From Negativicutes bacterium (GTDB taxonomy: Bacteria; Bacillota; Negativicutes; UBA1444): DNA of 64,000 bases. Shown in pieces: positions 7,334 to 18,245 of this stretch. Each line of letters starts with the position of its first letter. Position 1 is the first letter of the stretch. The stretch lies in NCBI GenBank assembly GCA_963665275.2, contig CAXXIN010000014.1, forward strand, positions 146,028-210,027. Reading direction: 5' to 3'. The notes under the pieces were generated by a model, which saw only the letters and a program-made list of their open reading frames with translations, did not search any database and was not told the origin of the DNA. Position numbers and translations under genes: made by a program.

Positions 7334-9943
7334 TTGAGGCCCAATTCAGAGTTCATTAATGATTTTGTGGAAGAGGCTCTCTTGCATATTGCTACTGTTG
7401 AAGATGCACTACTGAAAGTAGAAACGGGCAATTATGCCGAAGAAACGGTCAATGAGATATTTCGGGCGGTTCACAGTATTAAGGGGGCTGCGGGGCTTTT
7501 TAATTTTGTTCGTATTGCCGAACTGGCGCATGCGGCTGAAACTCTTTTTGGGGCTATCAGAGATAAAACTGTCTCGCTGAACAGTCCGATTGTTGATGCT
7601 GTTCTTGCGGTAGCCGACTTGCTGAAGGAAATGATTGGTTGCCTCGAAACGAGCGATACATACGATATTAACGCGCAGGTGCAGCGCCTGAAAACTTTCT
7701 TGCCTGCCCCCCAAGGGTCTGTGGAGGAAAACAAAAACCTATGGGGTTTAGGGGACACGATTGCCAGTGATAAAAAGCCGGCGGAAATTTGCAATGAAAC
7801 AAAAGATAACCCTGATCGAGAAAACAACCGGGCGAAAGTGGAAAAAGAAAAAAGTATTCGGGTGGGGGTCGGCGTATTTGATGATTTGCTGGTTCTCGCC
7901 GGTGAAATGGTATTGCGGCGAAACCAGTTGATGTGTCTCGTGGGGATGGGGGTTACCCGAACGGAAGAACTGCAGATGGTGGCAAAAGACATTGATTTGG
8001 TAACGACCGCATTGCAGGAAAAAGTTCTGAAAGCCAGGATGCAGCCAGTCGCCAATCTGTTTAACAAGTTTCACCGAATTGTCCGCGACCTATCGCGGAA
8101 ACTGGGCAAAGAAATAGAATTAAGAATCGAAGGCGACCAGGTTGAACTGGATAAATCTACTATTGAGGCGCTTGGTGATCCGTTGATCCATATCGTCAGA
8201 AACGCGATTGACCACGGGATCGAACCGACGAATATCCGTGAAGAACGGAAGAAACCCTACATTGCACATGTGACCATCAGGGCTTACCATGAGGCTGGCA
8301 AGGTCACCATTGACGTGGAGGATGACGGCGTCGGGATCGATCCCGGCAAGATAGCGGCCAAAGCGCTGGAAAGAGGGCTTGTGACCGAACAGCAGTTGAC
8401 TGCCATGAATGAAAGCGAAATTATTTATTTAATAATGCGCCCCGGGTTTTCTACTGTCGACGAAGTCACCGCATTGTCGGGGCGGGGCGTCGGCATGGAT
8501 ATTGTAAAGAACAATATCGAGAAACTTGGCGGCAAGGTCGAACTCCTGTCCAGCGTCGGATACGGCTCCATCGTCCGGTTGGTCCTGCCTCTCACCCTGG
8601 CAATTATTCCTGCCGTGATCGTGCAGAGTGCCGACTTTACAGCCGCAATCCCGCAGGCGAACTTGCAGGAATTGGTATTGCTTCAACCGGATGATGAAAA
8701 GCGCTCCATCGAACTGGTCATGGGGTATCCGGTCCTGCGTCTCAGGGAGCGCTTATTCCCGCTGTTACGGCTTACGGATATCATCGGGGATACCCGGCTG
8801 GGAATTGACACCGGGAGTGCTGAATACTTCTGTGATCCGGAAAAAATCTTTCAAATCGTTGTGCTAAATTTTGGAAATCGAATTTTTGCGCTGGAAGTTG
8901 ATAAGGTATATGATCACGAAGAAATTCTGGTAAAACCACTGCCGCCAACTCTGATAAAATCCAATTATTATATGGGATTTGCCGTTTTGGGCGATGGTCG
9001 TATCGCATTCATTCTGAATCCCGAGGAAATCAGAAACCATGTCGGCTTGCGGCCGTTAGCGACTGAAGCGGCTGTAGACAGCATCAGGGGTAGCCAGTTG
9101 CCGGAAGAGGAACAGAGTTTGTTGCTGTTCTCTACCGCCGGTGGAGAAACCATCGGTATCGACATCACCCTGGTGAGCCGGGTTGAAACCCATGAGGCAG
9201 CGGCGATTCAGCGGATTCGGTCAAAAGAGTACGTCATATCACGTGGCAAGCCGCTGAGAATCATCAGGCCCGAATACTATTTGCCTGTTGCATCCCCGAA
9301 AGACGGGTCGGACTCCATTCATCTCATTATTCCTAAATTAGTAAAGCAATCGGTGGGGATCGTCGCAAGGGGAATCGGCGAGATTGTCAAGACTGCAGTG
9401 GCATTGAATGAGGAAGGGCCTGGCGGTTGCGGACTAATCGGGTCAACGCTGATTAACGACCGTATTGTCCTATTGCTGAATATCTATGAGTTGTTGGAAC
9501 AGGCCCTGCCTGAAACCTGTAAAGTAAGCACCTCCGTTATACGGAAACAGGAAAAAAGCCCGCTTGCACCGACTGCTGCACGTGTGTTACTGGTGGAAGA
9601 TCGGGCTTTTTTTTCCAAGGTGACAAAGGGCTATCTGGAGAGTGCCGGGATGGAAGTCAAATTGGCCGCTGATGGTCGGGAAGCTCTCGATATATTGGAG
9701 CAGGATGAAGTCGATTTGGTGATCAGCGATATCGAAATGCCGGTGATGAACGGCTACGAACTCATCAGGGCCATTCGGGCCAATGAACGGTTGCGCAAGT
9801 TGCCGGCGATAGCCCTGACCTCGCTTCTTGGAGAGGCAAACAAGGAAAAAGGGCTGCGGTCCGGATTCGACGCCTATGAGTATAAACTGGACCGGGATCG
9901 GTTGCTTAAAACTGCGCAGCGGTTTTTGGGCCGCTCCGAATAG
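7334..9943 (+). CDS. cheA: Hybrid CheA (Hpt-dimerisation-HATPase-CheW-CheW-REC)
   Basis: IFRAVHSIKG, HIVRNAIDHG, DDGVGID, SGRGVGMD, two CheW-like segments, C-terminal receiver (SDIEMP). Confidence 0.92.
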   Translation: MRPNSEFINDFVEEALLHIATVEDALLKVETGNYAEETVNEIFRAVHSIKGAAGLFNFVRIAELAHAAETLFGAIRDKTVSLNSPIVDAVLAVADLLKEMIGCLETSDTYDINAQVQRLKTFLPAPQGSVEENKNLWGLGDTIASDKKPAEICNETKDNPDRENNRAKVEKEKSIRVGVGVFDDLLVLAGEMVLRRNQLMCLVGMGVTRTEELQMVAKDIDLVTTALQEKVLKARMQPVANLFNKFHRIVRDLSRKLGKEIELRIEGDQVELDKSTIEALGDPLIHIVRNAIDHGIEPTNIREERKKPYIAHVTIRAYHEAGKVTIDVEDDGVGIDPGKIAAKALERGLVTEQQLTAMNESEIIYLIMRPGFSTVDEVTALSGRGVGMDIVKNNIEKLGGKVELLSSVGYGSIVRLVLPLTLAIIPAVIVQSADFTAAIPQANLQELVLLQPDDEKRSIELVMGYPVLRLRERLFPLLRLTDIIGDTRLGIDTGSAEYFCDPEKIFQIVVLNFGNRIFALEVDKVYDHEEILVKPLPPTLIKSNYYMGFAVLGDGRIAFILNPEEIRNHVGLRPLATEAAVDSIRGSQLPEEEQSLLLFSTAGGETIGIDITLVSRVETHEAAAIQRIRSKEYVISRGKPLRIIRPEYYLPVASPKDGSDSIHLIIPKLVKQSVGIVARGIGEIVKTAVALNEEGPGGCGLIGSTLINDRIVLLLNIYELLEQALPETCKVSTSVIRKQEKSPLAPTAARVLLVEDRAFFSKVTKGYLESAGMEVKLAADGREALDILEQDEVDLVISDIEMPVMNGYELIRAIRANERLRKLPAIALTSLLGEANKEKGLRSGFDAYEYKLDRDRLLKTAQRFLGRSE

Positions 9944-10010
9944 AGAGGCTTCAAAGCCGGCGAAGCAGCTGAACGGGGGTAGTATGGAAACGGGACTGGG
10001 GGGAGGAGCA

Positions 10011-10922
10011 ATGGAAAGGGTACTTGTTGTTGACGATTCTCTCGTTTTTCGCAAAGTGATCAAAGCAACGCTGGAAACTGCTGGCTACGAAGTTCTGACT
10101 GCTGAAAACGGTGGAAAAGCTATGCAGCTATTGCAGGAAGAGGGTTCGCCGGACATTATTCTGCTGGACAGGGTAATGCCCGATATGGATGGCGTCGAAG
10201 TTTGCAAATGGGCGAGGAATCATTTCTGCAATTTGTACGGAACCTCGTATAAATATTTTATCATCCTTACATCAAAAAATACCCAGGACGATGTTCTTGA
10301 AGGCTTTGGTATCGGGGCGGACGATTATGTGATAAAGCCGTTTTGCAATCAAGAGCTCCTTGCCAGACTGACAGTGGCATGCCGAGTGTTGAAAATGCAG
10401 CGCGAGCTTTTGAATGCCGCGATCAGGGACGCGCTTACCGGACTTTATAACAGGAGGTCCCTGTACGATTTGCTCGGGTTGGAGCTGTTGCGGGCCCGGA
10501 GGGAGCAGAGTAACGTTGCTGTCGCGCTGGTCGACGTAGACCGTTTTAAACAGATAAACGATACCTACGGGCATGCCATTGGCGATGAAATGTTGATAAT
10601 GCTTGCGGCAAAACTTCGCATGACCATGCGTGATTTTGATATTGTGGGGCGTTTAGGGGGCGAAGAGTTCGTTTTGGCATTTGGCTGCATGAGTGTCGGC
10701 GACGCTCTCGTTATTTGCGAACGCGTACGCCGGGGTGTGGCGGAAATATCAATAAATTGCGAGGAGACCGTATTGAGCATGACTATAAGTATTGGTGTTG
10801 CCATCGCTATAGGGGAAACAGAGCCAGCTAAGGTAATCCGTTATGCCGACAAAGCGATGTATCAGGCCAAAGAGAACGGCAGAAACTGTGTGGTTGCTTA
10901 TGAATATACCAAGGATGGATAA
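10011..10922 (+). CDS. REC-GGDEF diguanylate cyclase (PleD/WspR-like)
   Basis: Receiver plus D-x-LTG, GGEEF active site and RDFD I-site. Start moved to ATG 10011 after GGAGGAG. Confidence 0.92.
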   Translation: MERVLVVDDSLVFRKVIKATLETAGYEVLTAENGGKAMQLLQEEGSPDIILLDRVMPDMDGVEVCKWARNHFCNLYGTSYKYFIILTSKNTQDDVLEGFGIGADDYVIKPFCNQELLARLTVACRVLKMQRELLNAAIRDALTGLYNRRSLYDLLGLELLRARREQSNVAVALVDVDRFKQINDTYGHAIGDEMLIMLAAKLRMTMRDFDIVGRLGGEEFVLAFGCMSVGDALVICERVRRGVAEISINCEETVLSMTISIGVAIAIGETEPAKVIRYADKAMYQAKENGRNCVVAYEYTKDG

Positions 10923-10948
10923 GCTAAAGGCGATAGTGGGCCTAATTA

Positions 10949-13252
10949 ATGAAAGGAAGTGTTGCATTGAATTCGAAAAGCATTCAATTCAAACTGGTCG
11001 GAGTAATATTGTTGGTAATCGCTGTGGCGATTACCGGGTTGGCAGGCTCCACTTATCTATCCACCAGGGAGGTTGTCGTATCCAATATCGACCAGCAACT
11101 GCGCAAAGATGCCAACGGACTGGCGGATGATATAACCCTGTGGTTAAACATGAAAAAAGGGGAAGTAGCGGCTATTGCTGCGTCGCCTGTTCTGATGACG
11201 GGCGATAAAGCAGAAATATTGCGTTATATAACAGCGGAAGTCAAACGGCTTGATGACTATGAGCTGATTTTGGTGGGGGATGCAAAAGGAGATTATTACA
11301 CAAGCAACAATCAAGCCGCCAATAATGCCGACCGCGAATACTTCAAAAGTGTGATGTCATCCGGCGAAAATTATGTATCCGATCCGCTGAGCGCCCGCAC
11401 TACCCGAAATAAAGTGGTCATCGTGGCCGCCCCGATAGTTCTGGAGGGGAAAGTGATCGGCGTAGTTGGAGGCTCGGTCAAGATTGAGAGTATCGAAAAA
11501 AAAATGCAGGCCGTCAAATTGGGCAAGACCGGTTATGCCTATTTAGTTCAGGCAAACGGCCTGTTAATTGCCCATCCTGACCAGACATTGGCGATGAAAA
11601 AAAACTTATTGGATGACTCGGCCACGGATAATCGATTGAAAGCTACCCTGCAGGGAGCTGTCAAAGGGCAGGTCAGCGTAGGACGTTATCGCAGCGCCAA
11701 TACCGACAAAGAACAATTTGTTGGAGCTGCCGCTGTTGCCGGTACCAACAACTGGGTTGTCGGCATGACTGTACCGGTAGATGAAATATGGGAGCCAATT
11801 GATCGGCTTAATTGGATTTTCTGTCTTGCAACATTGATAATCCTTCTTATCACTGGCGCACTTACCCAGTGGTTTTTGTCCACTACAGTAATACGGCCGC
11901 TAGTGCAACTTGAAACGATGATCGAAAGCGTGGCCCAGGGCGATCTGACCGCCAGGGGGAAGGCCGTCGCGGATGATGAGCTGGGCCGGCTTACGTTATC
12001 CTTTAACCAGACGTTGGATACTATTTGCGAGATGATAGGAAAGATTCATGAAGCCAACTGTGAGTTGAAACCCGCATCGATGCGGCTCCAGGAAATCGCC
12101 AGGATGGGTGCCGACAACAGCCTGACGATGAACAACCGAGCCTGTGTCGCCGAAAATGCCGTGCGGGAAATCCTAACGAGAATTGATGGCACCAACCATG
12201 CCACAGAGGAGACGGGGGGGAACATAACCAACATTGCCGCAGCTGTCCAGGAGATGGCGGCCACGACATCCACGGTGGCCATGGTGGCTGAGGGTGTTTC
12301 GACAACAGTTAACAACGTACGCTTGGCGTTTGAAGGGATATCCGGCAATACCGACCGAGTGTCTCAAAATTCCGGCGATATGTCGAACTCAGTCGAGCAG
12401 GTGGTGAATTCGGTTCAGGACATTAATCGATCCATAGGCAACGTTAAGCTTAAGTGTGAACGGTCGGTGCAAATAACGCTTGAGGCCAACGATTTTGCAC
12501 AAGAGACATCACGGGTTATTTCCCAGCTCAGCGATTCTACCAAGAAGATCAACAAGATTGTCAGTATCATTAATAATATCGCCAGTCAGACCAATATGTT
12601 GGCCCTTAACGCCGCGATCGAAGCCGCCAGCGCCGGAGAAGCCGGAAAAGGGTTTGCAGTGGTGGCGGGAGAGGTCAAGGAATTGGCCCAACGTACCGCC
12701 AGGGCCACTGATGAAATCGGACAACAACTGGAAGAGATGCAGAATAATATGAGTCGGGCTGTTGAATCAGTCGGGAAGATTACTCAGGTTATCGTTGAGA
12801 TTACGGACATCACGGGAACCATAGGGAATGCCATCAATGAACAGTCGGCGACGCTCACTCAAATTACAGGCAACTCGGTGGCCGCTGGCGAGAGGGTCAA
12901 ATCCATCGCCGAAGAAATCATTACCGTCAATGCCAACTGCAAGAAGGCTTCCAAGGACGCTGCTGATGCTTCGCGTGGAGTTGCTGAAATTGCGCAGTCG
13001 ATTACTGAACTATCGGACGTTACTACCTCGATAGCCAGAAACGTTGAATCTGTATCCTCCATGATGGCGTCTATCGTTGAAGCCGGGCAGGAAATACTGA
13101 CCCGATCAAATGAAATTTCAACTAGTACAGGGCAGGTGACGGAGATTTCCGAGAATACATCCGCACTAGCGGCCGATACCATGAAAGCCGCCGATGGGTT
13201 GGCTGAAACGGCGACTAAATTGGACACGTCGGTTAAGGTGTTCAAAGTTTAA
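10949..13252 (+). CDS. Methyl-accepting chemotaxis protein (dCache-HAMP, extended signalling domain)
   Basis: Two TM segments, Cache motif (DREYF), [35 protein letters not shown]. Start may be TTG 10967. Confidence 0.93.
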   Translation: MKGSVALNSKSIQFKLVGVILLVIAVAITGLAGSTYLSTREVVVSNIDQQLRKDANGLADDITLWLNMKKGEVAAIAASPVLMTGDKAEILRYITAEVKRLDDYELILVGDAKGDYYTSNNQAANNADREYFKSVMSSGENYVSDPLSARTTRNKVVIVAAPIVLEGKVIGVVGGSVKIESIEKKMQAVKLGKTGYAYLVQANGLLIAHPDQTLAMKKNLLDDSATDNRLKATLQGAVKGQVSVGRYRSANTDKEQFVGAAAVAGTNNWVVGMTVPVDEIWEPIDRLNWIFCLATLIILLITGALTQWFLSTTVIRPLVQLETMIESVAQGDLTARGKAVADDELGRLTLSFNQTLDTICEMIGKIHEANCELKPASMRLQEIARMGADNSLTMNNRACVAENAVREILTRIDGTNHATEETGGNITNIAAAVQEMAATTSTVAMVAEGVSTTVNNVRLAFEGISGNTDRVSQNSGDMSNSVEQVVNSVQDINRSIGNVKLKCERSVQITLEANDFAQETSRVISQLSDSTKKINKIVSIINNIASQTNMLALNAAIEAASAGEAGKGFAVVAGEVKELAQRTARATDEIGQQLEEMQNNMSRAVESVGKITQVIVEITDITGTIGNAINEQSATLTQITGNSVAAGERVKSIAEEIITVNANCKKASKDAADASRGVAEIAQSITELSDVTTSIARNVESVSSMMASIVEAGQEILTRSNEISTSTGQVTEISENTSALAADTMKAADGLAETATKLDTSVKVFKV

Positions 13253-13285
13253 TGATGTTTTCCGGCAAAGTATAACTCGGCAATG

Positions 13286-13311
13286 GTCAAGTCCAAATTT
13301 GTGTGTAAAAA
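13286..13311 (-). mobile_element. Possible isolated IS256-type terminal repeat
   Basis: Minus strand TTTTACACACAAATTTGGACTTGACC resembles IS256-family ends from memory; no transposase attached. Confidence 0.35.
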
Positions 13312-13382
13312 CCCGGTAGGGATCTCTGGTTTTACATGAGCCTGATTAGCTTGCTGGTAGGCGCTCCAGCGACCGCGCGCCA

Positions 13383-13538
13383 CAGCTACTTGGTGGGAGA
13401 AATAACGTCGCACATGGCGAATACATCAACGTTGATGAAAAGGAATTTTTTGCTTTATACAAAGAAATTACCCAAATTATGTATGAGATAAAAAATAACG
13501 TAAGCAATGCTGCAAGCCAAGGACAATACAAGAAGTAA
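13383..13538 (+). pseudogene. C-terminal remnant of a HEPN-domain protein (MAE_28990/MAE_18760-like)
   Basis: QLLGGRNNVAHGEYINVDEKEFFALYKEITQIMYEIKNNVSNAASQGQYKK*; contains RxxxxH. No start codon (in-frame stop at 13347). Confidence 0.6.
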
Positions 13539-13744
13539 GTGGTTAATGTTATTCAAATGAACGTTACAATAATGAGGCTTCATCATGCTGGGTAATGTAC
13601 TATAATGTGCTGATGTTCGTTCTACCTGGATTCGGTATACCTTTACAACCTGAGTTCCCGCTTACTCATAACGAGGTTTTCTCGAAAATCCAATAAAATC
13701 AGCTTATTGAGCGATTGTTCTACGAAAAATACATAGTTATGTGT

Positions 13745-14509
13745 TGGATGGGTTACCCTAAACTGGACAGAAAAGATACGGTCATGTAGCATAACACCAT
13801 AATAAAGAAAAGTTTTCACCGAAGAATTCAAAATTGAATTGGTCCAGCTTTATAACAACGGTAAGCGTCGAGTGGATATTTTGCGTGAATATGACTTGAC
13901 GGCAACGGCATTCGACATCTGGGTCAAACGAATTAACGCAACAGGTTCAGCCAAAGAAGCCAATAATCGGACTCCCCAGGAGCAGGAACTGCTCCAACTG
14001 CGCAAAAAAAACAAGCAACTCCGAATGGAAAATGATATTTTAAAGCAAGCGGCGCTGATACTCGGACAAAAATAATTGTCATCCGGCAAAATAGTGACAA
14101 ACATTCTGTATCAGCGATGTGTCGATGTTTGGAACTACCCAGAAGCACCTTCTACTATGAAGCGCAAGAGAAGAAATCTGAAAACTCTCTGCAGAAAACC
14201 ATCGTAGAAATCTTCCGCGCTAACCGCGATGCCTATGGAATCCGGAAAATCAAAGATGCACTAAGCAAAACCGAGCTACAAGTGTCGCGCCGACGAATCC
14301 GTCGCATTATGCAGGAAAGGGGGATTGTTTCCAAGTATACAGGGGCTCAATTTAAAGTCCATAAACAAACTTGCAACGAAGACAAAATCGGCAATAAACT
14401 GAACCGCCAGTTTTATAATCAGGAACCCTACGCCGTTGTCATCAGTGATTTAACCTTCGTTCGCGTGAAAAACAAATGGAATTACATCTGTTTGCTGGTG
14501 GATTTGTAG
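13745..14509 (+). pseudogene. Degraded IS3-family element (damaged orfA, truncated orfB)
   Basis: orfA LRMENDILKQAA; orfB YGIRKIK...SDLTFVRV...CLLVDL* stops before the rest of the DDE triad. Confidence 0.88.
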
Positions 14510-14885
14510 AACGCGCACAGGCTTTGCGTTCTGCAAGCTGCTGGACGCCGGGCTAAGGCCTGCGGGCGGCACCGACGTCACCGGCATCTATCTGGACAAT
14601 ATCAACCCGTTCCTGCACATCTACGCCGCGGTTACGCGCGAATCCGACAAGGGGATCTTCATGCCGGAAGAAGTGTTGACTGTGACGGAGGCGCTCAGCA
14701 TGTGGACGATCTGGGCGGCGGAGTCCATGGGCGAAGCTGCGCTGAAAGGCTCCCTCGAGCCTGGCAAGTTCGCCGACATGACCGTGTTTTCCGGGGATAT
14801 CTTCACGATTCCGAAGAAAAACATCAAGGATATCAAAACGGTGATGACGATTGTCGGCGGCAGGATCGTCTATCAGGCCAAGTAA
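14510..14885 (+). pseudogene. 3' fragment of an amidohydrolase-3 (YtcJ-like) gene
   Basis: LLDAGLRPAGGTD...NPFLHIYAAVTR...EALSMWTIWAA...KGSLEPGKFADMTVFSGD...TIVGGRIVY; 5' end lost at the IS3 junction. Confidence 0.85.
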
Positions 14886-14913
14886 AGTCAAATAGACAAG
14901 AGGAGTAACGGCG

Positions 14914-15840
14914 ATGAAACAAAGGGTTATATTTCCCATCCTGCTGGTATGCTGCCTCGTTTTGGGGCAACATAGCGTTCAAGCGACGGAGGGGGGATCG
15001 AGTGATTACTTCCCCGGCACCTTTGCCACTTTCGGCGTCGCTTTGCCGCCGGAGCCCGGGTTCATGGCCGTCAACCAGCTGCTGTATTACAACGGCAAAG
15101 CCGATAAGGCTGTGCTAAACGGCAGGGTCAATCTGGATATGAGTGCCAATGCCGTTTACAATTACATGGGTGGTTTCTATACCTACAAGGAGCCGGTGCT
15201 TGGCGGTCGGCTGCAGATCGGAGCGGTGGCACCGGTCGCATGGGTGAATACCGCGTACAGCATCGACACCTCTTTGGGTTCGCGAAGCAGCTCGGATGCC
15301 TCCAGTGGCGTTGGGGACTCCCTTGCACAGGCGGCCCTGTTTTGGAAGAAAGGCGATTTGCATTATAAACTGGTGCAGTCGGTCTTTGTCCCGACCGGCG
15401 TTTACAACGCCGCCAATTTAGCGAACCCCGGCATGAACCACTGGGCCTTCGATACCTCGCTGGCCATCACATGGATGAATAAGAGGGGTACGGAAATCTC
15501 CCTCGTGCCAGGCATCATGTTCAACACGATGAACAACGCCACCCAATATCAGTCGGGGAACGAGTTCCACCTGGATTTCGTGGTGAACCAGTTCCTTGCG
15601 AAAAATTTCGCTGTGGGCGTTCAAGGATACTACTACAGTCAGTTGAAGGGAGATAGCGGCAGCGGCGCCTTGCTCGGCAACTTCCAGGGGCAAGCGTTCG
15701 GAGTCGGACCGGCCGTTCTCTGGTTGCCTGAAGCCGGCAAGGGCAGACTGTCCGTGGTTGCCAAACTGATCAAGGACGTTTCGTATACGAACCGCATGCA
15801 CGGGGATTATGGCCAGTTCACCGTGACCTATAAATTTTGA
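14914..15840 (+). CDS. SphA / MetA-pathway (phenol degradation)-like outer-membrane beta-barrel
   Basis: Signal peptide, ATEGG, GVGD, VPTGVY..ANPGMN, YQSGNEFHLD, C-terminal YKF. Confidence 0.8.
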   Translation: MKQRVIFPILLVCCLVLGQHSVQATEGGSSDYFPGTFATFGVALPPEPGFMAVNQLLYYNGKADKAVLNGRVNLDMSANAVYNYMGGFYTYKEPVLGGRLQIGAVAPVAWVNTAYSIDTSLGSRSSSDASSGVGDSLAQAALFWKKGDLHYKLVQSVFVPTGVYNAANLANPGMNHWAFDTSLAITWMNKRGTEISLVPGIMFNTMNNATQYQSGNEFHLDFVVNQFLAKNFAVGVQGYYYSQLKGDSGSGALLGNFQGQAFGVGPAVLWLPEAGKGRLSVVAKLIKDVSYTNRMHGDYGQFTVTYKF

Positions 15841-15880
15841 CTTAATGGCGAGGAATAATAATTTAAGGGAGTGTAAGACT

Positions 15881-17050
15881 ATGTTGAGAAAGACCATGTT
15901 AATAAAAGTGTTTGTTCTACTGCTGGTATGTGTGATGTTCATCGGCACTACTGCGGAGGCGTGCACCAGCATCCGCTTGATAACGACGGATGGTAAGGTG
16001 TTTTACGCCCGTACTATGGAGTTTTATCCCTCGGAAGGAGACCCGGCACATCCTGACTCGTTATCGGTCGTTCCGGCCGGAACAATGTTTTTCGGCGTAC
16101 TGCCGGACGGGACGCAAAAAGGGCTGGTCTGGACGGCGAAATATGGTTTTGTAGGCATGAATTCCTCCGGCCGTCCGGTTGTGGCCGACGGCATGAATGA
16201 AAAGGGGCTGGTGGTCGGAGAGTTGGAATTTCCCGGGTACGCGGGATATCAGGAATATAAGGTCGAGTATGCGGATCGAACCCTCAGTCAGTATGAAGTG
16301 GCTACCTGGATATTGGGGAATTTCGCCAACATTCAGGAGGTACGGCAGGGCATTGAAAAAATCCGCGTTTCCAGTGCCAATAATATAAGATCAGGCAGTG
16401 TTGATCTCAATTTGAGTTTTCACTACGCGGTGCATGACAAGGACGGAGACAGCCTGGTGATCGAGTATGTCAACGGCGAGCTGAAGCTGTACGACAATCC
16501 TCTCGGCGTGTTGACCAATGCCCCGACGTTTGACTGGATGCAGACCAATTTAAAAAACTACATAAACATCAAGGCCTTTAATGCCCCCGCCGTCAAGATC
16601 GCCGACGTGACCGCCTCCGGCTTCGGGCAGGGAACCGGCATGCTGGGGCTGCCGGGCGACTTTACCCCGCCGAGCCGTTTTGTACGGATGATGGCGCTGA
16701 CGCAGTCGGCCTTGCCTGTGACAGGCAGCGCTGCCGGGCTGAATCTGGCGATGACCATCATCAACAATGTGGACATTCCGGTCGGTGCCGTGCGCGACAA
16801 CAGCAGTGGGAAGACGGCCTATGACCGGACTTTGTGGACGGTGGCGGCGGATTTGCAGCATCAGCGCTATTATTTCCGCAACTATGACAACAATGACTGG
16901 CGCTATGTCGACGTGGCACAGGCGCTCTCAGGCGCGACCCAGGTGATGACCATCCCAGTGTTTACGGCGCCGGAGTACAAAAACATCACCAACACCCGGG
17001 TCAATTTCACCAATTATGATCCTGCGCTCTATAAATACCAGGACCGGTGA
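15881..17050 (+). CDS. Exported choloylglycine hydrolase / penicillin V acylase family Ntn-hydrolase
   Basis: Signal peptide ending AEA then CTSI nucleophile; ARTMEF, DGMNEKGL, VLTNAPTFDW, GLPGDFTPPSRFVR. Confidence 0.9.
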   Translation: MLRKTMLIKVFVLLLVCVMFIGTTAEACTSIRLITTDGKVFYARTMEFYPSEGDPAHPDSLSVVPAGTMFFGVLPDGTQKGLVWTAKYGFVGMNSSGRPVVADGMNEKGLVVGELEFPGYAGYQEYKVEYADRTLSQYEVATWILGNFANIQEVRQGIEKIRVSSANNIRSGSVDLNLSFHYAVHDKDGDSLVIEYVNGELKLYDNPLGVLTNAPTFDWMQTNLKNYINIKAFNAPAVKIADVTASGFGQGTGMLGLPGDFTPPSRFVRMMALTQSALPVTGSAAGLNLAMTIINNVDIPVGAVRDNSSGKTAYDRTLWTVAADLQHQRYYFRNYDNNDWRYVDVAQALSGATQVMTIPVFTAPEYKNITNTRVNFTNYDPALYKYQDR

Positions 17051-17136
17051 TGGAGGCGACAACAGCCAGTTGAGCCGCAAATTGACTGGCAGGCGGGCCC
17101 TCCTGAGAGAAATCGACCGCGTTCTTCGGTAGCATG

Positions 17137-17493
17137 GCATATCCTGTACAAGGCCGGAGAAAAATTGTTTGTCGATGGGGCCAGCGATACCATGATCGTT
17201 ATTGACTCCTCCACCGGCGAAATCATTCCTGCCTACCTTTTCGTTTGCGCCTTGGGCCGTAGTTGTTACCCCTATGCGGAAGCCTTTCCGACCAAGGCAA
17301 ATGAACACTGGATTGCGGCACACCGCGCTTTCGAGTATTATGGCGGCCTGCCTTTGATCCTGGTGCCGGACAACGACAAAAGCGCCGTAACCCTGGCGGA
17401 TCAATACGACCCCGAGATCAATAAGACGTACCTAAGATGGCGAAACACTATGATGTTGCCATAATCCCTGCCCGTGTCCGCAAGCCCAAAGAT
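17137..17493 (+). pseudogene. IS21-family transposase (IstA) internal fragment
   Basis: YKAGEKLFVD...AYLFVCALGRS.YPYAEA...AFEYYGGLP..LVPDN.KSAV; frameshifted MAKHYDVAIIPARVRKPKD. Confidence 0.85.
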
Positions 17494-17830
17494 TATTCCG
17501 ACGTTTAACATATGCCGTAATCTTGATCTAGATCATTTCAAACAGCCTCCAATAAAGGTTTCATATGTAAAAACTTCGGAATAATCCAATGGCCTTCTTC
17601 CTCCGTTGAGTGCGTTGCGACGATAGAGCGCCGATAGTATTGAAATATATGGGTTCGTGAGATCGGGGATAATTTCATAATGGGCTTTATGTTCGCTTGG
17701 ACTTCGGTTCAGGCGTTTTTTACGAACCCCGGAGGTCGAACCTTACAGGGTAATCTCCGTCAAACGCCTCAATGAACTGTACAGTGTGAAGGCAGAGACT
17801 CGTCCCCGATAAAGCCAAGCCTCAGCAAGA

Positions 17831-18157
17831 GGTAGTGTCAGGATTTTTGCGCACATTTGTGGATGGGCTCCCGCGTAGGTCTCAAATCGCTTCGGATACG
17901 CCCTCGGCCTGATTCTCCTGGAGTAGCCCCATATTCAAGTATCGCTTCGTTCCCCAACTGGTTGTCGTAATATGCCGGAGTCGGGCTCCTACTAACATCA
18001 AAGCTGCTTTCCCGTCGGGAAAACTTCCGACCACTCTGGTTCTGCGACGGATTTCTCGCATGATTCGCTCCAATCCATTATTGGTCCGAATCTTAACCCA
18101 GTGTTCCCTGGGGAAATTCATGTAGGCAATAGTGTCTTCAATGCCTTTTTCAATTCG
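17831..18157 (-). pseudogene. IS256-family 3' remnant with terminal repeat
   Basis: IEDTIAYMNFPREHWVKIRTNNGLERIMREIRRRTRVVGSFPD; end sequence AAATGTGCGCAAAAATCCTGACACTACC finishing at 17831. Confidence 0.85.
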
Positions 18158-18245
18158 GCTGGCTCAAACAGGTTTAAAAACCTATTTTGAGCCAGCCCCT
18201 TCGCGCTCAGAATTCCAGGCTGAATTTGCAGAACTACGCTCAGCG

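Noticed and set aside
17494-17830. Short frames between the IS21 and IS256 remnants
   Set aside because: No recognisable motif or convincing start.
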